From the NCBI GenBank assembly GCA_007130885.1, contig SLRQ01000013.1, positions 11,004 through 75,003 of the forward strand: a stretch of DNA of 64,000 bases, written 5' to 3'. A model generated the notes under the pieces. That model was given only the letters and a program-made list of their open reading frames with translations, did not search any database and was not told where the DNA came from. Positions 19,827 through 29,402 of this stretch are shown piece after piece; position 1 is the first letter of the stretch; each line of letters opens with the position of its first letter. This DNA is from Deltaproteobacteria bacterium (GTDB lineage Bacteria; Myxococcota; Myxococcia; SLRQ01). Position numbers and translations under genes: made by a program.

Positions 19827-21434
19827 ATGAAGCCAGTAGGATACAGAATCATGTTTGTTTCTAGGGCGTGCCTTGCCTTGCTGATAGCCTATTCTTTGTC
19901 TTGTGGCGACGTGTCAGAAGTGTCGGATGAGAACGGTGATACCGTTGCAATGCCTGCCTTTTCGCCCTCATCTGGAACATACAATCAGCCAATTGCGGTA
20001 GAGATTACTACTGACACAGATGGAGCAAGAATCTATTACACTACAAATGGCTCGAACCCTTCGGAAGACAATGGAGACGAGTACGACGAAGCTATTGTTC
20101 TAGAAGGTGACGGACTAGAGGTGACCCTGAGAGCAATTGCAGTCAAGGAAGGCCTGCTTGACAGCGAGATAGCAGAGGCGACCTATATTTTCGAATATGA
20201 TACGGAGAATGGCGGAGTCGCTACGCCGGTTTTCACTCCAGCTCCGGGAATCTATGATGGGTCCATAGATGTGGAGATAAGCACTTCTACATCTGATGCG
20301 ATAATCCATTACACCATGGACGGTTCGAAACCATCCAAGACGACAGGGGAGGTGTATGATGGGCCAATCGAGCTCGAGGGTGATGGACTGGATGTGACGA
20401 TACGGGCGCTTGGAGTCAAGGAGGGCATGCTCGAGAGTGAGGTCGCCGAGGCAAGTTATGCAATCGAGTACGAGACAGTCGCCACGCCGGTTTTTGACCC
20501 GGAGCCAGGAGTATATGATGAGCCAATCAGCGTGGATATCAGCACGGCTACCGGAGGCGCGACGATATACTACACCATGGATGGTTCAGAGCCCTCCGAA
20601 GCCGAGGGTACGGTGTTCCTAGAGCCGATCATTCTAGACGGCGACATTTCAGAGGTGACGATTAGATCTCTAGCGATCAAGGAAGGAATGCGCGACAGCG
20701 AGATAGCATCGGCGACCTATGAGATCGATTACCATGATGAGTTCCAATTCCTGAAAGGCGTGTGGGCAACGAAAACCGTAGCCGTTGCGGACTCGGTTAC
20801 CATGGGCGTTAGCAGTCAACCCGTAACAACAGCTTACTCGCTCGTTCATATGAGCGTGGAGAAAGAGATTGCGGAGGCGCGTGCCGTTACCTGTCATATT
20901 GACGTTGATACGGACACGAATAGGGTTAAAATTTTCATCAAGGACAGCTATATCGATGCCTTGGATGAAATCGAGTATTTATATTCGATATCAGGAGATG
21001 AAGAAGGTTACACTCTGAGCATCGAGGACCATGTGCTGTTGACCGCCGTGGATCTTCAAGATCCATTGAACGATGAAATGCCTGATGATAAAAATGATCC
21101 GCGATTTTTCAATCAAGACGGCAGGCGGGGTCCGGGGATTACAATTGATGCCTGGGTAGACCCTGTTGTTGGGCAGGCCAGCGACGAGGAAATGAGCGTC
21201 GCCACGCGTCAATTTACGACGCAGCTCTTGGAGGTCAAAGGGGACGACCTCATAGTCGGGAGCTATGAGTGGGACGAGGACAGGATCGTTCTAGAGACAA
21301 CACATAGCATGTTGGACTGGGAGCAGCAGGTCACTCCCAGGCACGAGGATAGCTATACCAAGCTCGTGAAGGTAGATGATTCTTATGACTGTGAGAAGAT
21401 CCTGGCCGAGATAGCTGGACTCTTCGCCGACTAG
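19827..21434 (+). CDS. Lipoprotein with 3 CHB_HEX_C/Fn3-associated repeats and a C-terminal domain of unknown function
   Basis: Lipobox 'YSLSC'. Three repeats 'VA.P.F.P..G.Y...I.V.I.T.T.GA.IYYT.DGS.P'. Confidence 0.85.
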   Translation: MKPVGYRIMFVSRACLALLIAYSLSCGDVSEVSDENGDTVAMPAFSPSSGTYNQPIAVEITTDTDGARIYYTTNGSNPSEDNGDEYDEAIVLEGDGLEVTLRAIAVKEGLLDSEIAEATYIFEYDTENGGVATPVFTPAPGIYDGSIDVEISTSTSDAIIHYTMDGSKPSKTTGEVYDGPIELEGDGLDVTIRALGVKEGMLESEVAEASYAIEYETVATPVFDPEPGVYDEPISVDISTATGGATIYYTMDGSEPSEAEGTVFLEPIILDGDISEVTIRSLAIKEGMRDSEIASATYEIDYHDEFQFLKGVWATKTVAVADSVTMGVSSQPVTTAYSLVHMSVEKEIAEARAVTCHIDVDTDTNRVKIFIKDSYIDALDEIEYLYSISGDEEGYTLSIEDHVLLTAVDLQDPLNDEMPDDKNDPRFFNQDGRRGPGITIDAWVDPVVGQASDEEMSVATRQFTTQLLEVKGDDLIVGSYEWDEDRIVLETTHSMLDWEQQVTPRHEDSYTKLVKVDDSYDCEKILAEIAGLFAD

Positions 21435-21501
21435 ACCACATAAGTAAGATAGGGATACGAGCTACTTGGGATCGAATATTTGGCTCGTTAGAAGATTTTG
21501 C

Positions 21502-21945
21502 ATGAGAAAGGCAGCGGAGCTGAAAGAATTGCGGTTCAGACCGCATCACTTCCTCTGTACCCTGTGCCATCGGGGCAAAGGGTACTCACCGTCGTTCATC
21601 AGGAGCTACGCAAAGTTGATGAAGCGGCTGGGAAAGCCCGACACGGGTGACGAGGAGCCGATCCAGGTAGTCAGCGGGCCGGACATGATCTGCGATTTTT
21701 GCCCCAAGCTGCACGGCGAGGCGTGCGAGACGCAGGATGTGGTGGAAGCCTTGGACCGCGCGCACGCGGGAATACTCGGCCTCGAGGAGGGGCAGGTAAT
21801 CACCTGGGGGGAGGCCAAGCGACTTCTTGCAGAGCATATGACGCCGCGGGCTTTCGATGAGGCCTGCAAACCTTGTGGGTGGAAGCCGCGAGGGCTTTGC
21901 GAGAAGGTCCTTCAAGAGCTGAGGGAAGAACGAAAGGCAAGCTGA
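21502..21945 (+). CDS. DUF1284-like Cys/His-rich protein
   Basis: 'RPHHFLC...GKGYS', 'GPDMICDFCP', 'CKPCGW...LC'. Confidence 0.8.
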   Translation: MRKAAELKELRFRPHHFLCTLCHRGKGYSPSFIRSYAKLMKRLGKPDTGDEEPIQVVSGPDMICDFCPKLHGEACETQDVVEALDRAHAGILGLEEGQVITWGEAKRLLAEHMTPRAFDEACKPCGWKPRGLCEKVLQELREERKAS

Positions 21946-22006
21946 CGAGTCTCTATAGTCGGATTACCTTTCGTTCACCGAGCGGGACACCCTCGATTTC
22001 GATGGT

Positions 22007-22483
22007 TTATGTTTCAAACCAGAAACGAAAGCCGAAGCCGGATTGCAGCCCCACGTCTGGAATGTCGATTCCTCCGTCGGAGATAAATGCCAGTCGCGGG
22101 GCAATCTCCAGGAAGAGCTCCAGCCATTCAGCGGGAAATGCGTTCAAACCGATAGGCACCCGGCCTCCAAGGTCCAGGCGGTCGGGCAGAGACAGGTATA
22201 GGCCTGGACCTACATACACGTTTACGAAGCTGAAGAGGTTCTCGCGTATGAGAATCCAGTCGGCGGTCATGCCGAACTGAAACTCTTCCCGAGTAAGTCT
22301 CGCTCCGACCCCGAAGGTGATAGGCAGCTCCGGAGTCTTGACGCTGAGCATGGCGTCCGAGCCCGGAAGTCCGCCAAGGGGGCTCACCTCGAGGGAAAGC
22401 CCAACGCCCCACTCCTGCCCAAGCGCGGGTGTTGCGCTCGATAGCGCGGCTAGCAGACAAAAAATATAGAAACGACGCAGCAT
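22007..22483 (-). CDS. Small outer-membrane beta-barrel-like protein (resembles DUF3996/BAPKO_0422-type)
   Basis: ATG 22483 with GGAG RBS, signal peptide, amphipathic strands 'YVGPGLY', 'GGRVPIGL', 'LELFLEIAP', and C-terminal 'GFRFWF'. Confidence 0.7.
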   Translation of the reverse strand: MLRRFYIFCLLAALSSATPALGQEWGVGLSLEVSPLGGLPGSDAMLSVKTPELPITFGVGARLTREEFQFGMTADWILIRENLFSFVNVYVGPGLYLSLPDRLDLGGRVPIGLNAFPAEWLELFLEIAPRLAFISDGGIDIPDVGLQSGFGFRFWFET

Positions 22484-22840
22484 TTCCACTCCACAAGGAA
22501 AACGGGATTCAGCTCCATCATACCGCAAGACCGGTATGCCGGCGAACAAAGCGTGGAGCGATCGCTTGGGGAACAATCTGAAGGCGGTTATCAGTGATAC
22601 GGTTCGGCTAGATGTGCCCCCCAAAAAGGAACTCGTACCGGGACTAGTTGGCGCACGCCGCCTCTACTCGCTCCGGCCTCCACTCGCCTGGGAACTGTTC
22701 GGCGGCGGATAGCCCTAGCCTCTCACCATCCAAGGGAATTCGAGCCGACCCGGTTTCTAGATAGGGGGTCCGTCAGGGCCTTGTCATATTGATGCTGAAC
22801 TGCTTTATTCGCAAAGCTAACCTTTCAAGGGGTGACGGAT

Positions 22841-25800
22841 ATGAAGAGGCGAAACCGAGGCTCTTGGCTTATTTCCTATTTGGGCGTTGCGGCGGCATTT
22901 CTCCTGGCAGCCGCGTGCGGAGAAAAAGACCCGGCCGATGAGCAGGTGGCCTCGCCGGTCTTCTCTCCTCCGGCGGGGACCTACGAGGAGCCCATCGATG
23001 TGGAGATCAGCACGGGGACCGAAGGGGCCACGATCTTCTACACCATGGACGGTTCAGAGCCGTCCGCGACGAATGGACAGGCGTACGACGGTCCCATCGC
23101 GCTGGCGGGGGACGGCCTGGAGGTAACCATAAAGGCTTTGGCGTTCAAGGAGGACATGCTCGATAGCGAGGTGGTCGAAGCGAGCTATACCCTCGAGTAC
23201 CCGGTGGAAGAAGAGAAAGTGGCCACGCCGAGCTTCTCTCCGCCGGCGGGCACGTACAATGAGCCCATAAGTGTGGAGATCAGCACCGAGACCCAGGGGG
23301 CCGCCATCTTCTACACGATCGATGGCTCCGAGCCGTCGGCTGACTCGGGAGAGGAGTACGACAGCCCGGTCGACATCAGTGACGGCCTGGAGCTGACCAT
23401 ACGGGCTCTGGCGGTCAAGGAGGGAATGCTCGACAGCGACGTCGCCGAGGCCGCCTATGCGGTCGAGATAGAGCTCGAGCAGGTGGCCGCGCCCGTCTTC
23501 TCTCCACCGCCGGGGACTTACCATGAAGATATGACCGTGGAGATAAGCACCGCCACAACTGGAGCATCGATCTATTACACGATGGACGGCTCCGACCCGA
23601 CGGCGGCCGATGGAGAGGAGTACGATAGCCCCATCGAGCTGGAGGGCGACGGGCTGGCGGTCACCATCAAGGCCATCGCGGTGAAGGATGAAATGGCGGA
23701 CAGCGAGGTCGCCGAAGCTGATTACGTCATCGAGTACCTGGAGACGGTCGAGAAGCCTACCTTCTCGCCGGCCGCCGGCACCTACTATGAGCCCATCGAC
23801 GTCGAGATCAGCACGGCCACCGATGGAGCGTCCATATACTACACCACCGACGGATCGGTCCCCTCGGCGGATGGTGGAGAGGAGTACGACGGCCCGATAA
23901 CGCTGGAGCAAAACGGTCTGGAACTGACCATAAAGGCAATAGCCGTGAAAGACGGCATGTATGACAGCGACATTGCCGAAGCGGTCTACCTCGTCGACTT
24001 CGAGACGGTCGCGGCGCCCGTCTTCACGCCGGCTCCCGGTACGTATCACGATCCGGTGGACGTCGAGATCACAACGGCCACCGATGGAGCCGTCATCTAC
24101 TTCACCACCGACGGCTCGGAGCCGTCTGTCGAAAACGGTACCGAGTACGTCGGTCCCATCACGCTCGACGAGTACGGGCTGCAGGTGACCATAAAGGCCC
24201 TGGCCTCGAAGGACGGCATGTACGACAGCAACGTGGTCCAGGGGGTCTATCTCGTCGACCATGAGACGGTCGCCGCGCCCACCTTCACGCCGGGCTCGGG
24301 GACATATTTCGAGCCGATCAACGTGGAGATCGAGACGGCCACCGAAGGAGCGACGATATATTTCACCTTGGACGACTCCGAGCCCTCGGCGGACAACGGA
24401 GACGAGTACGTCGATGCCATAGCGCTCGAGGACGACGGACTGGAGGTGACCATAAAGGCTATTGCGCTGAACCATGGGATGCACGACAGCGATGTGGTCT
24501 CGGCTGGGTACATTATGAACTTCACGCCCGATACGCCGTCAGTGGTCTATCCCACGCAGGGCTCCACGGTAAGAAGCCCGCTGGACGTATGGGGGACCGG
24601 CGTTGCGGGCAACACCATCGAAGCGACTTTGTTGCACGACGATGACGAGATCTCGCAAGAGACCGTCGATATCGAGCCGGACGGCTCGTTCGAGCTGACT
24701 CTCCACTACACCGACGTCGAGGGCGGGGCCGACCTTCGGCTGAACGTCGTGCAGATTGCCGGCGATTATGTCTCGGAGCCGGCCGTCATCAATCTGGTGG
24801 AGGACTCCATGCGGTTTTTGGCGGGCACCATCGAGCAGACCGGCGGCCCAAACGAGGGCGATGTGTACATCTGGCTCTACGAGGCCGAGGAGACAGGGAG
24901 CACGGTCGTCGAGGATCTTTTGGAGCCGATGAACACTTTCGCGATCGTAGGCCCGGAGCATGACTGGCTCGATGAGACTTCCTTTGCATTTAGCGTGACA
25001 GAGGGTCACTACGTCCTTCGGGTTTTCAGGGACGCGGGAGGTGGTGACGGTGGGACGCCCGACGGTTTGCCCAGTATTGGAGATGACGCCCAAAGCGTCG
25101 TTCTGGCGGTATCGGTCAGCGGGGAAGACGTTACCGATCTCGACCTAGAGCTCGTGGATACGAGTCATGCCCATAGGTACGCGGCACTGGAGGTTTTCTC
25201 CTCGAACGAGACCAGTGAGCCCGAACCTCCTTATTATGAGGACAATGGCGACTGGCTGCGGGGCGAAGGGCTTTGCCGCGGCTATCACATGCGGCTGGAG
25301 ACTCATCTCTGGCATGGAGACGAAAGCTTGTCGGAGCCGAGGGTGCGCCGTCCGGACGGATCCATGGTCACCATGCTCGATGACGGAGCCTGCGGTCCGG
25401 AGGTCGCCGACAATACAAGCAGCAGCTATAACCACTGGCTGGACGATGGTTTTTACTCCTTCGGGTGGCAGGATCCCGACGATAGCGATGCCGGCGTATA
25501 CACGTTCTTCTACGAAAACAGCGCCGAGGGCTTCTTTCACATCGAGGAGCGGGAGCTTGGCGAGGTAGTGAAGCTCACGCGGTCGATCCCTCTCACCTCT
25601 CCATCCGGCGCCGAGCCGAACACGGACTTGCAGCCTGAGCTTTCGTGGGAATCGCTTGGCGGCGATGTGAGCTACCATGTGTGCCTGCAAAAGAGCCACC
25701 AGTGGGACTGGAGTATCTGCGAGAGCACCGACGAGGCGTTCATTCAACTGCCCTTCGAAGATGATCTCGATGACGTTCAGGCCTATTGCGCCGATGTCAG

Positions 25801-26614
25801 TGCGACGAAGTCTTGCCCGTTGGGACATCGAATAGCCCAATCTGCCGGCGTTCGAAGCTGCTTTGTGACATGTACCGACCCGCAAAACGACTGCGTTACC
25901 ATCTCCGGCGACATCATCGACCGGAGCGGCATGGAGAGCCGCTACCTGATAGAGGCTTTCAGCGATCAGTACGATGACATCCAGTCTACGCTGGTTCTGC
26001 CGGCCGGCACGGAGTCATATCAACTGGCCGTCTTGAAGCATGAGCCGGACGACGACGACGTTGAAGTGATCGCCGCCTTGGATGTCGACGGCAGCGGCGA
26101 CTTTCGCTCGCGGGCGAATGAGGACCACGAGATATTCGTCTGGGTGGAGGCCGATGAAGACCGGCACGGAGTAGACCTGGTCTTCAACCCGATGGTGCGG
26201 GTGATCTATCCTCTTGACGGGGAAGGCGAGGTCGGTGACCAGCCGACCTTCGAGTGGGAGGCATACGAGCAGACCTACCTCGAGCAAGCGGGTGAGGCGC
26301 TTCCGCTGGCCGAGTGGATGTACCTGTTGCTGGTTACTCGAGACAATGGAGGGATGGGCCCCGATGTCGTATGGGCGCTGGACGAAAGCGTGACCAGCTT
26401 CGATATGACCGACCCGCCGGCGGATGGCTTTGACCTAAGGCCCCTTAGTCCCATGGATGGACCTTCCGCCGAGGACCTAAGTGAGAGCAACGAATGGTTC
26501 TGGGAGGTCGCGGTTTTCGACTGCCACTACGAGGACGAGGAGTGCCTGGAGGAAATGATGGGTACCTTTTCCTTCTTCGCCATAAGCGCCGAGGCCGCCT
26601 TCACAACGGACTGA
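22841..26614 (+). CDS. Large acidic lipoprotein with 6 CHB_HEX_C-like repeats and a ~700-aa uncharacterised C-terminal region
   Basis: Lipobox 'LAAAC' and six ~87-aa repeats. C-terminal region is paralogous to 26746..29172. Start GTG 22832 or ATG 22841. Confidence 0.87.
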   Translation: MKRRNRGSWLISYLGVAAAFLLAAACGEKDPADEQVASPVFSPPAGTYEEPIDVEISTGTEGATIFYTMDGSEPSATNGQAYDGPIALAGDGLEVTIKALAFKEDMLDSEVVEASYTLEYPVEEEKVATPSFSPPAGTYNEPISVEISTETQGAAIFYTIDGSEPSADSGEEYDSPVDISDGLELTIRALAVKEGMLDSDVAEAAYAVEIELEQVAAPVFSPPPGTYHEDMTVEISTATTGASIYYTMDGSDPTAADGEEYDSPIELEGDGLAVTIKAIAVKDEMADSEVAEADYVIEYLETVEKPTFSPAAGTYYEPIDVEISTATDGASIYYTTDGSVPSADGGEEYDGPITLEQNGLELTIKAIAVKDGMYDSDIAEAVYLVDFETVAAPVFTPAPGTYHDPVDVEITTATDGAVIYFTTDGSEPSVENGTEYVGPITLDEYGLQVTIKALASKDGMYDSNVVQGVYLVDHETVAAPTFTPGSGTYFEPINVEIETATEGATIYFTLDDSEPSADNGDEYVDAIALEDDGLEVTIKAIALNHGMHDSDVVSAGYIMNFTPDTPSVVYPTQGSTVRSPLDVWGTGVAGNTIEATLLHDDDEISQETVDIEPDGSFELTLHYTDVEGGADLRLNVVQIAGDYVSEPAVINLVEDSMRFLAGTIEQTGGPNEGDVYIWLYEAEETGSTVVEDLLEPMNTFAIVGPEHDWLDETSFAFSVTEGHYVLRVFRDAGGGDGGTPDGLPSIGDDAQSVVLAVSVSGEDVTDLDLELVDTSHAHRYAALEVFSSNETSEPEPPYYEDNGDWLRGEGLCRGYHMRLETHLWHGDESLSEPRVRRPDGSMVTMLDDGACGPEVADNTSSSYNHWLDDGFYSFGWQDPDDSDAGVYTFFYENSAEGFFHIEERELGEVVKLTRSIPLTSPSGAEPNTDLQPELSWESLGGDVSYHVCLQKSHQWDWSICESTDEAFIQLPFEDDLDDVQAYCADVSATKSCPLGHRIAQSAGVRSCFVTCTDPQNDCVTISGDIIDRSGMESRYLIEAFSDQYDDIQSTLVLPAGTESYQLAVLKHEPDDDDVEVIAALDVDGSGDFRSRANEDHEIFVWVEADEDRHGVDLVFNPMVRVIYPLDGEGEVGDQPTFEWEAYEQTYLEQAGEALPLAEWMYLLLVTRDNGGMGPDVVWALDESVTSFDMTDPPADGFDLRPLSPMDGPSAEDLSESNEWFWEVAVFDCHYEDEECLEEMMGTFSFFAISAEAAFTTD
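22946..24523 (+). repeat. Six tandem intragenic ~260-bp repeats (CHB_HEX_C-like)
   Basis: Recurring DNA such as 'gtggagatcagcac', 'tacac..tggacgg' and 'accataaaggc'. Six units in the translation. Confidence 0.9.
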
Positions 26615-26701
26615 CCTAATCGCGGAGCAGAAACGCAACACGGTCTCGGGCGGTACTCTTTCGCGGTCATATGACGGTGAAGGATACCTCCTATCTTTGG
26701 T

Positions 26702-26731
26702 AGACTAGCTTTCACTTGCGAGACTAGCTTT
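26702..26731 (+). promoter_or_regulatory. Direct repeat AGACTAGCTTT x2 (19-bp period) just before an RBS
   Basis: Exact 11-mers at 26702-26712 and 26721-26731, followed by GGAGG and ATG 26746. Confidence 0.4.
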
Positions 26732-26745
26732 TCCGGAGGGCTGGA

Positions 26746-29172
26746 ATGAGACCGATGAGCCGAGGGGCACGAGTTGCGACCTATATCTGCATTGTCTTTT
26801 TCGCGTCTACTTGTAGAGGTAAGGACTCATCCGAGGAAAGGGTGGCTATGCCGACCTTTTCGCCTCCGGCGGGTGCTTACGACAAGCCTATTGCCGTCGA
26901 GATCAGTACAGAGACCGAGGGAGTCACGATCTTCTACACGATCGATGGTTCGGAGCCTTCCGCCAAACACGGAAAAAAGTACGAAGGTTCCGTCATCCTC
27001 GATGAAGATGGGCTGGAGGCCACCGTCAAGGCTATAGCGCTGAAGCAGGGTATTCCCGACAGCCATGTGGCGGAGGCCGGCTACACTTTGGATCTTACAC
27101 CCCGAACTCCGTCAGTAGAATTTCCCGAGCAAGGCTCCAAGGTAGCAAGCCCTTTCACGATACGAGGCACGGCCGCTGCCGGCAACAGCATCGAGGCTAC
27201 ACTGGTTTACCGCTATGACGCGATCATCAGAGAGAGGGTGGAAGTAAAAGCGGATGGCACGTTTGAGCTGACGGTCAACTATACCCAGGTTGATGCTGGA
27301 GCCGACCTTGTGCTGAATGTCGTGCAGGCCAGCGGTGATTATGTATCAGAGCCGGCTATCATAAATTTGGTTGGTGACGTGACATGGGTGCTCGGTGGCA
27401 GTGTTGAGCAAACGAGTGGCCCGATCCGAGGTGATGTGCACATTTGGCTTTACGAGGCCGGGCAGGCGGGGAGCACAGTGCGGGAGCTTTCAGAGCCAAT
27501 AAGTAGTCTGAGACTCGATGGACCGGAAAATTCATGGGTAAAGGAGAAGCCGTTCGAGTTTAGAGTGCCAAAAGGACAGTATGTACTTCGATCTTTTCGC
27601 GATGCTGGGGCCAGTCTGGATAGCAGGACACCGGATGGGCTTCCTACCTTGAGATCGGATGCCCAGAGCGAGATGCGGGCGGTAACAGTGGGCGATAGAG
27701 ACGTTGCCGATGTTCACCTTGATTTGATATGTACGCGTGACGCAGATATGTATCACTCGTTCGAGGTATTCACTTCAAACGAAAGCTGTGAGCCCGAGCC
27801 GCCATGGTATAATGAAAATGGTGACTGGGTACGAGGGGAAGGGCTGTGCCGCGGCTACCACATGCGGTTGGAGACTAGTCGCAATACCAAATCAGACGAT
27901 CTGTCAAAGCCTAAGGTGCGTCTACCGGACGGCACGATAGTAGCTTTGCTCGATGATGGAGCCTGCGGCCCGGAGGTCGCTGATAATACTAGCGGCAGCT
28001 ATAACCGCACGCGTGGTGATGGCGCGTACTCGTATGGTTGGCCGGATCCCGACGAGAGCGACGTCGGCGCATATACGTTCTTCTACGAAAACAGCGCCGA
28101 GGGCTTCTTCCACATCGAGGAGCGACAGTTGAATGAGGTGGAGAGGATGCCGGGATTGATCCCGCTAACCTCTCCAACAGGTGCCAAGCCTAACACCGAC
28201 CTTCAACCTAAGCTTGAATGGGAGCCGCTTGGTGATGGTGTGCGGTACCGTGTGTGTTTGCAGAAGAGCCAGCAATCTAATTGGCAGATCTGCGAGGTAT
28301 CCGAGAAACCGTATATTCAATTGCCCTTCGAAGATGATCTGGATGATGCGCAAGCGTATTGCGCTACGATAAGTGCGGTGAGGTTGTGCCCCTTGGGGCG
28401 TCGTCTGGCCGCAACCCAAGGTGGTGTTCGAAGCTGCTTTGTGACGTGCAGCGATCCGGAAAGCGATTGCATGACAGTATCCGGTGACATCATCGATCAC
28501 ACGAGTATGGATAGCCGCTATTTGATAGAAGTAAGTAGCCTGCAGTATGGCAGCCTCCAGTCGACCGTTGTGCTGCCCCCAGACGCGGAGTCATATCGAG
28601 CAGCCGTCCTTAGGCACGATGACAAAGGTCTAAATGTTAGGGCTACATGGGATACAGATGGTAGTGGCTCATCGCGGACTACGGCAAACGAGCAGTTTGT
28701 TCAGTTTGTTAGAGTTGAGCCCCACCATTTAGAAGGCATCGATATCAGGTTTGCTTCACTGATACAGGCATCATTTCCGCGCGAAGGAAAGGATCAGGTC
28801 GGCGATCAACCTACCTTCAAGTGGGAGGGGTACGATCAGACCTACTTTGAAGCGACAGGTCAGGAGCTTCCGTTGGATGACTGGATGTATGTTCTGACGG
28901 CTTCCCAAAACATGGCTGCAGGCTTCGACATCATCTGGAGCTTGGATAAAAACGTCACCAGCTTCGATATGACCAGTCCGCCCGAGGATAGTCTTGATGT
29001 TCAAGCTCTGTTGCGTGATTCTTCGGCCGAAGACCTAACCGTCGGTAGTGATTGGCAGTGGCGACTGAGGGTTTTTGACTGCCACTTCCAGGACATGGCG
29101 TGTCTACACAACAGGAACGAGCGGGACTCTGTTTTCGCTGATAGCGGCTACATTGGTTTCACCACCGACTGA
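26746..29172 (+). CDS. Paralogue of the upstream lipoprotein with a single CHB_HEX_C-like repeat
   Basis: Collinear with the C-terminal part of 22841..26614 (shared 'RGEGLCRGYHMRLET', 'LDDGACGPEVADNT', 'YTFFYENSAEGFFHIEER', and the end 'FTTD'). Confidence 0.87.
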   Translation: MRPMSRGARVATYICIVFFASTCRGKDSSEERVAMPTFSPPAGAYDKPIAVEISTETEGVTIFYTIDGSEPSAKHGKKYEGSVILDEDGLEATVKAIALKQGIPDSHVAEAGYTLDLTPRTPSVEFPEQGSKVASPFTIRGTAAAGNSIEATLVYRYDAIIRERVEVKADGTFELTVNYTQVDAGADLVLNVVQASGDYVSEPAIINLVGDVTWVLGGSVEQTSGPIRGDVHIWLYEAGQAGSTVRELSEPISSLRLDGPENSWVKEKPFEFRVPKGQYVLRSFRDAGASLDSRTPDGLPTLRSDAQSEMRAVTVGDRDVADVHLDLICTRDADMYHSFEVFTSNESCEPEPPWYNENGDWVRGEGLCRGYHMRLETSRNTKSDDLSKPKVRLPDGTIVALLDDGACGPEVADNTSGSYNRTRGDGAYSYGWPDPDESDVGAYTFFYENSAEGFFHIEERQLNEVERMPGLIPLTSPTGAKPNTDLQPKLEWEPLGDGVRYRVCLQKSQQSNWQICEVSEKPYIQLPFEDDLDDAQAYCATISAVRLCPLGRRLAATQGGVRSCFVTCSDPESDCMTVSGDIIDHTSMDSRYLIEVSSLQYGSLQSTVVLPPDAESYRAAVLRHDDKGLNVRATWDTDGSGSSRTTANEQFVQFVRVEPHHLEGIDIRFASLIQASFPREGKDQVGDQPTFKWEGYDQTYFEATGQELPLDDWMYVLTASQNMAAGFDIIWSLDKNVTSFDMTSPPEDSLDVQALLRDSSAEDLTVGSDWQWRLRVFDCHFQDMACLHNRNERDSVFADSGYIGFTTD

Positions 29173-29402
29173 CCTTGTCGGCTAGTCGACGAAGCCGGGC
29201 CATGTAGCCGCGGTGTCGAAAAGTATTGGCACCGCGCGACTCGCGCATAATAGGAATCGCCGGTGGAGCTGTGGGGTTATCTGGACTCCACAGAGGCTTT
29301 ACGGCAATATTTCTCGGCGTTTAGGCCAAGCGCATCAAATGGCGCGGTCGTTGTCGTTGTGATCACTGCCTTCGAGGTTCTCGAAGTCGACCGGAGGAGA
29401 CG

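Noticed and set aside
23054..24484. 476-aa minus-strand repetitive ORF
   Set aside because: Mirror of the repeat region of the plus-strand lipoprotein.
22946..24523. Regularly spaced DNA repeats as a possible CRISPR array or DGR template/variable pair
   Set aside because: The repeats are in-frame ~260-bp coding modules with no unique spacers. No cas or reverse transcriptase gene is in the window.
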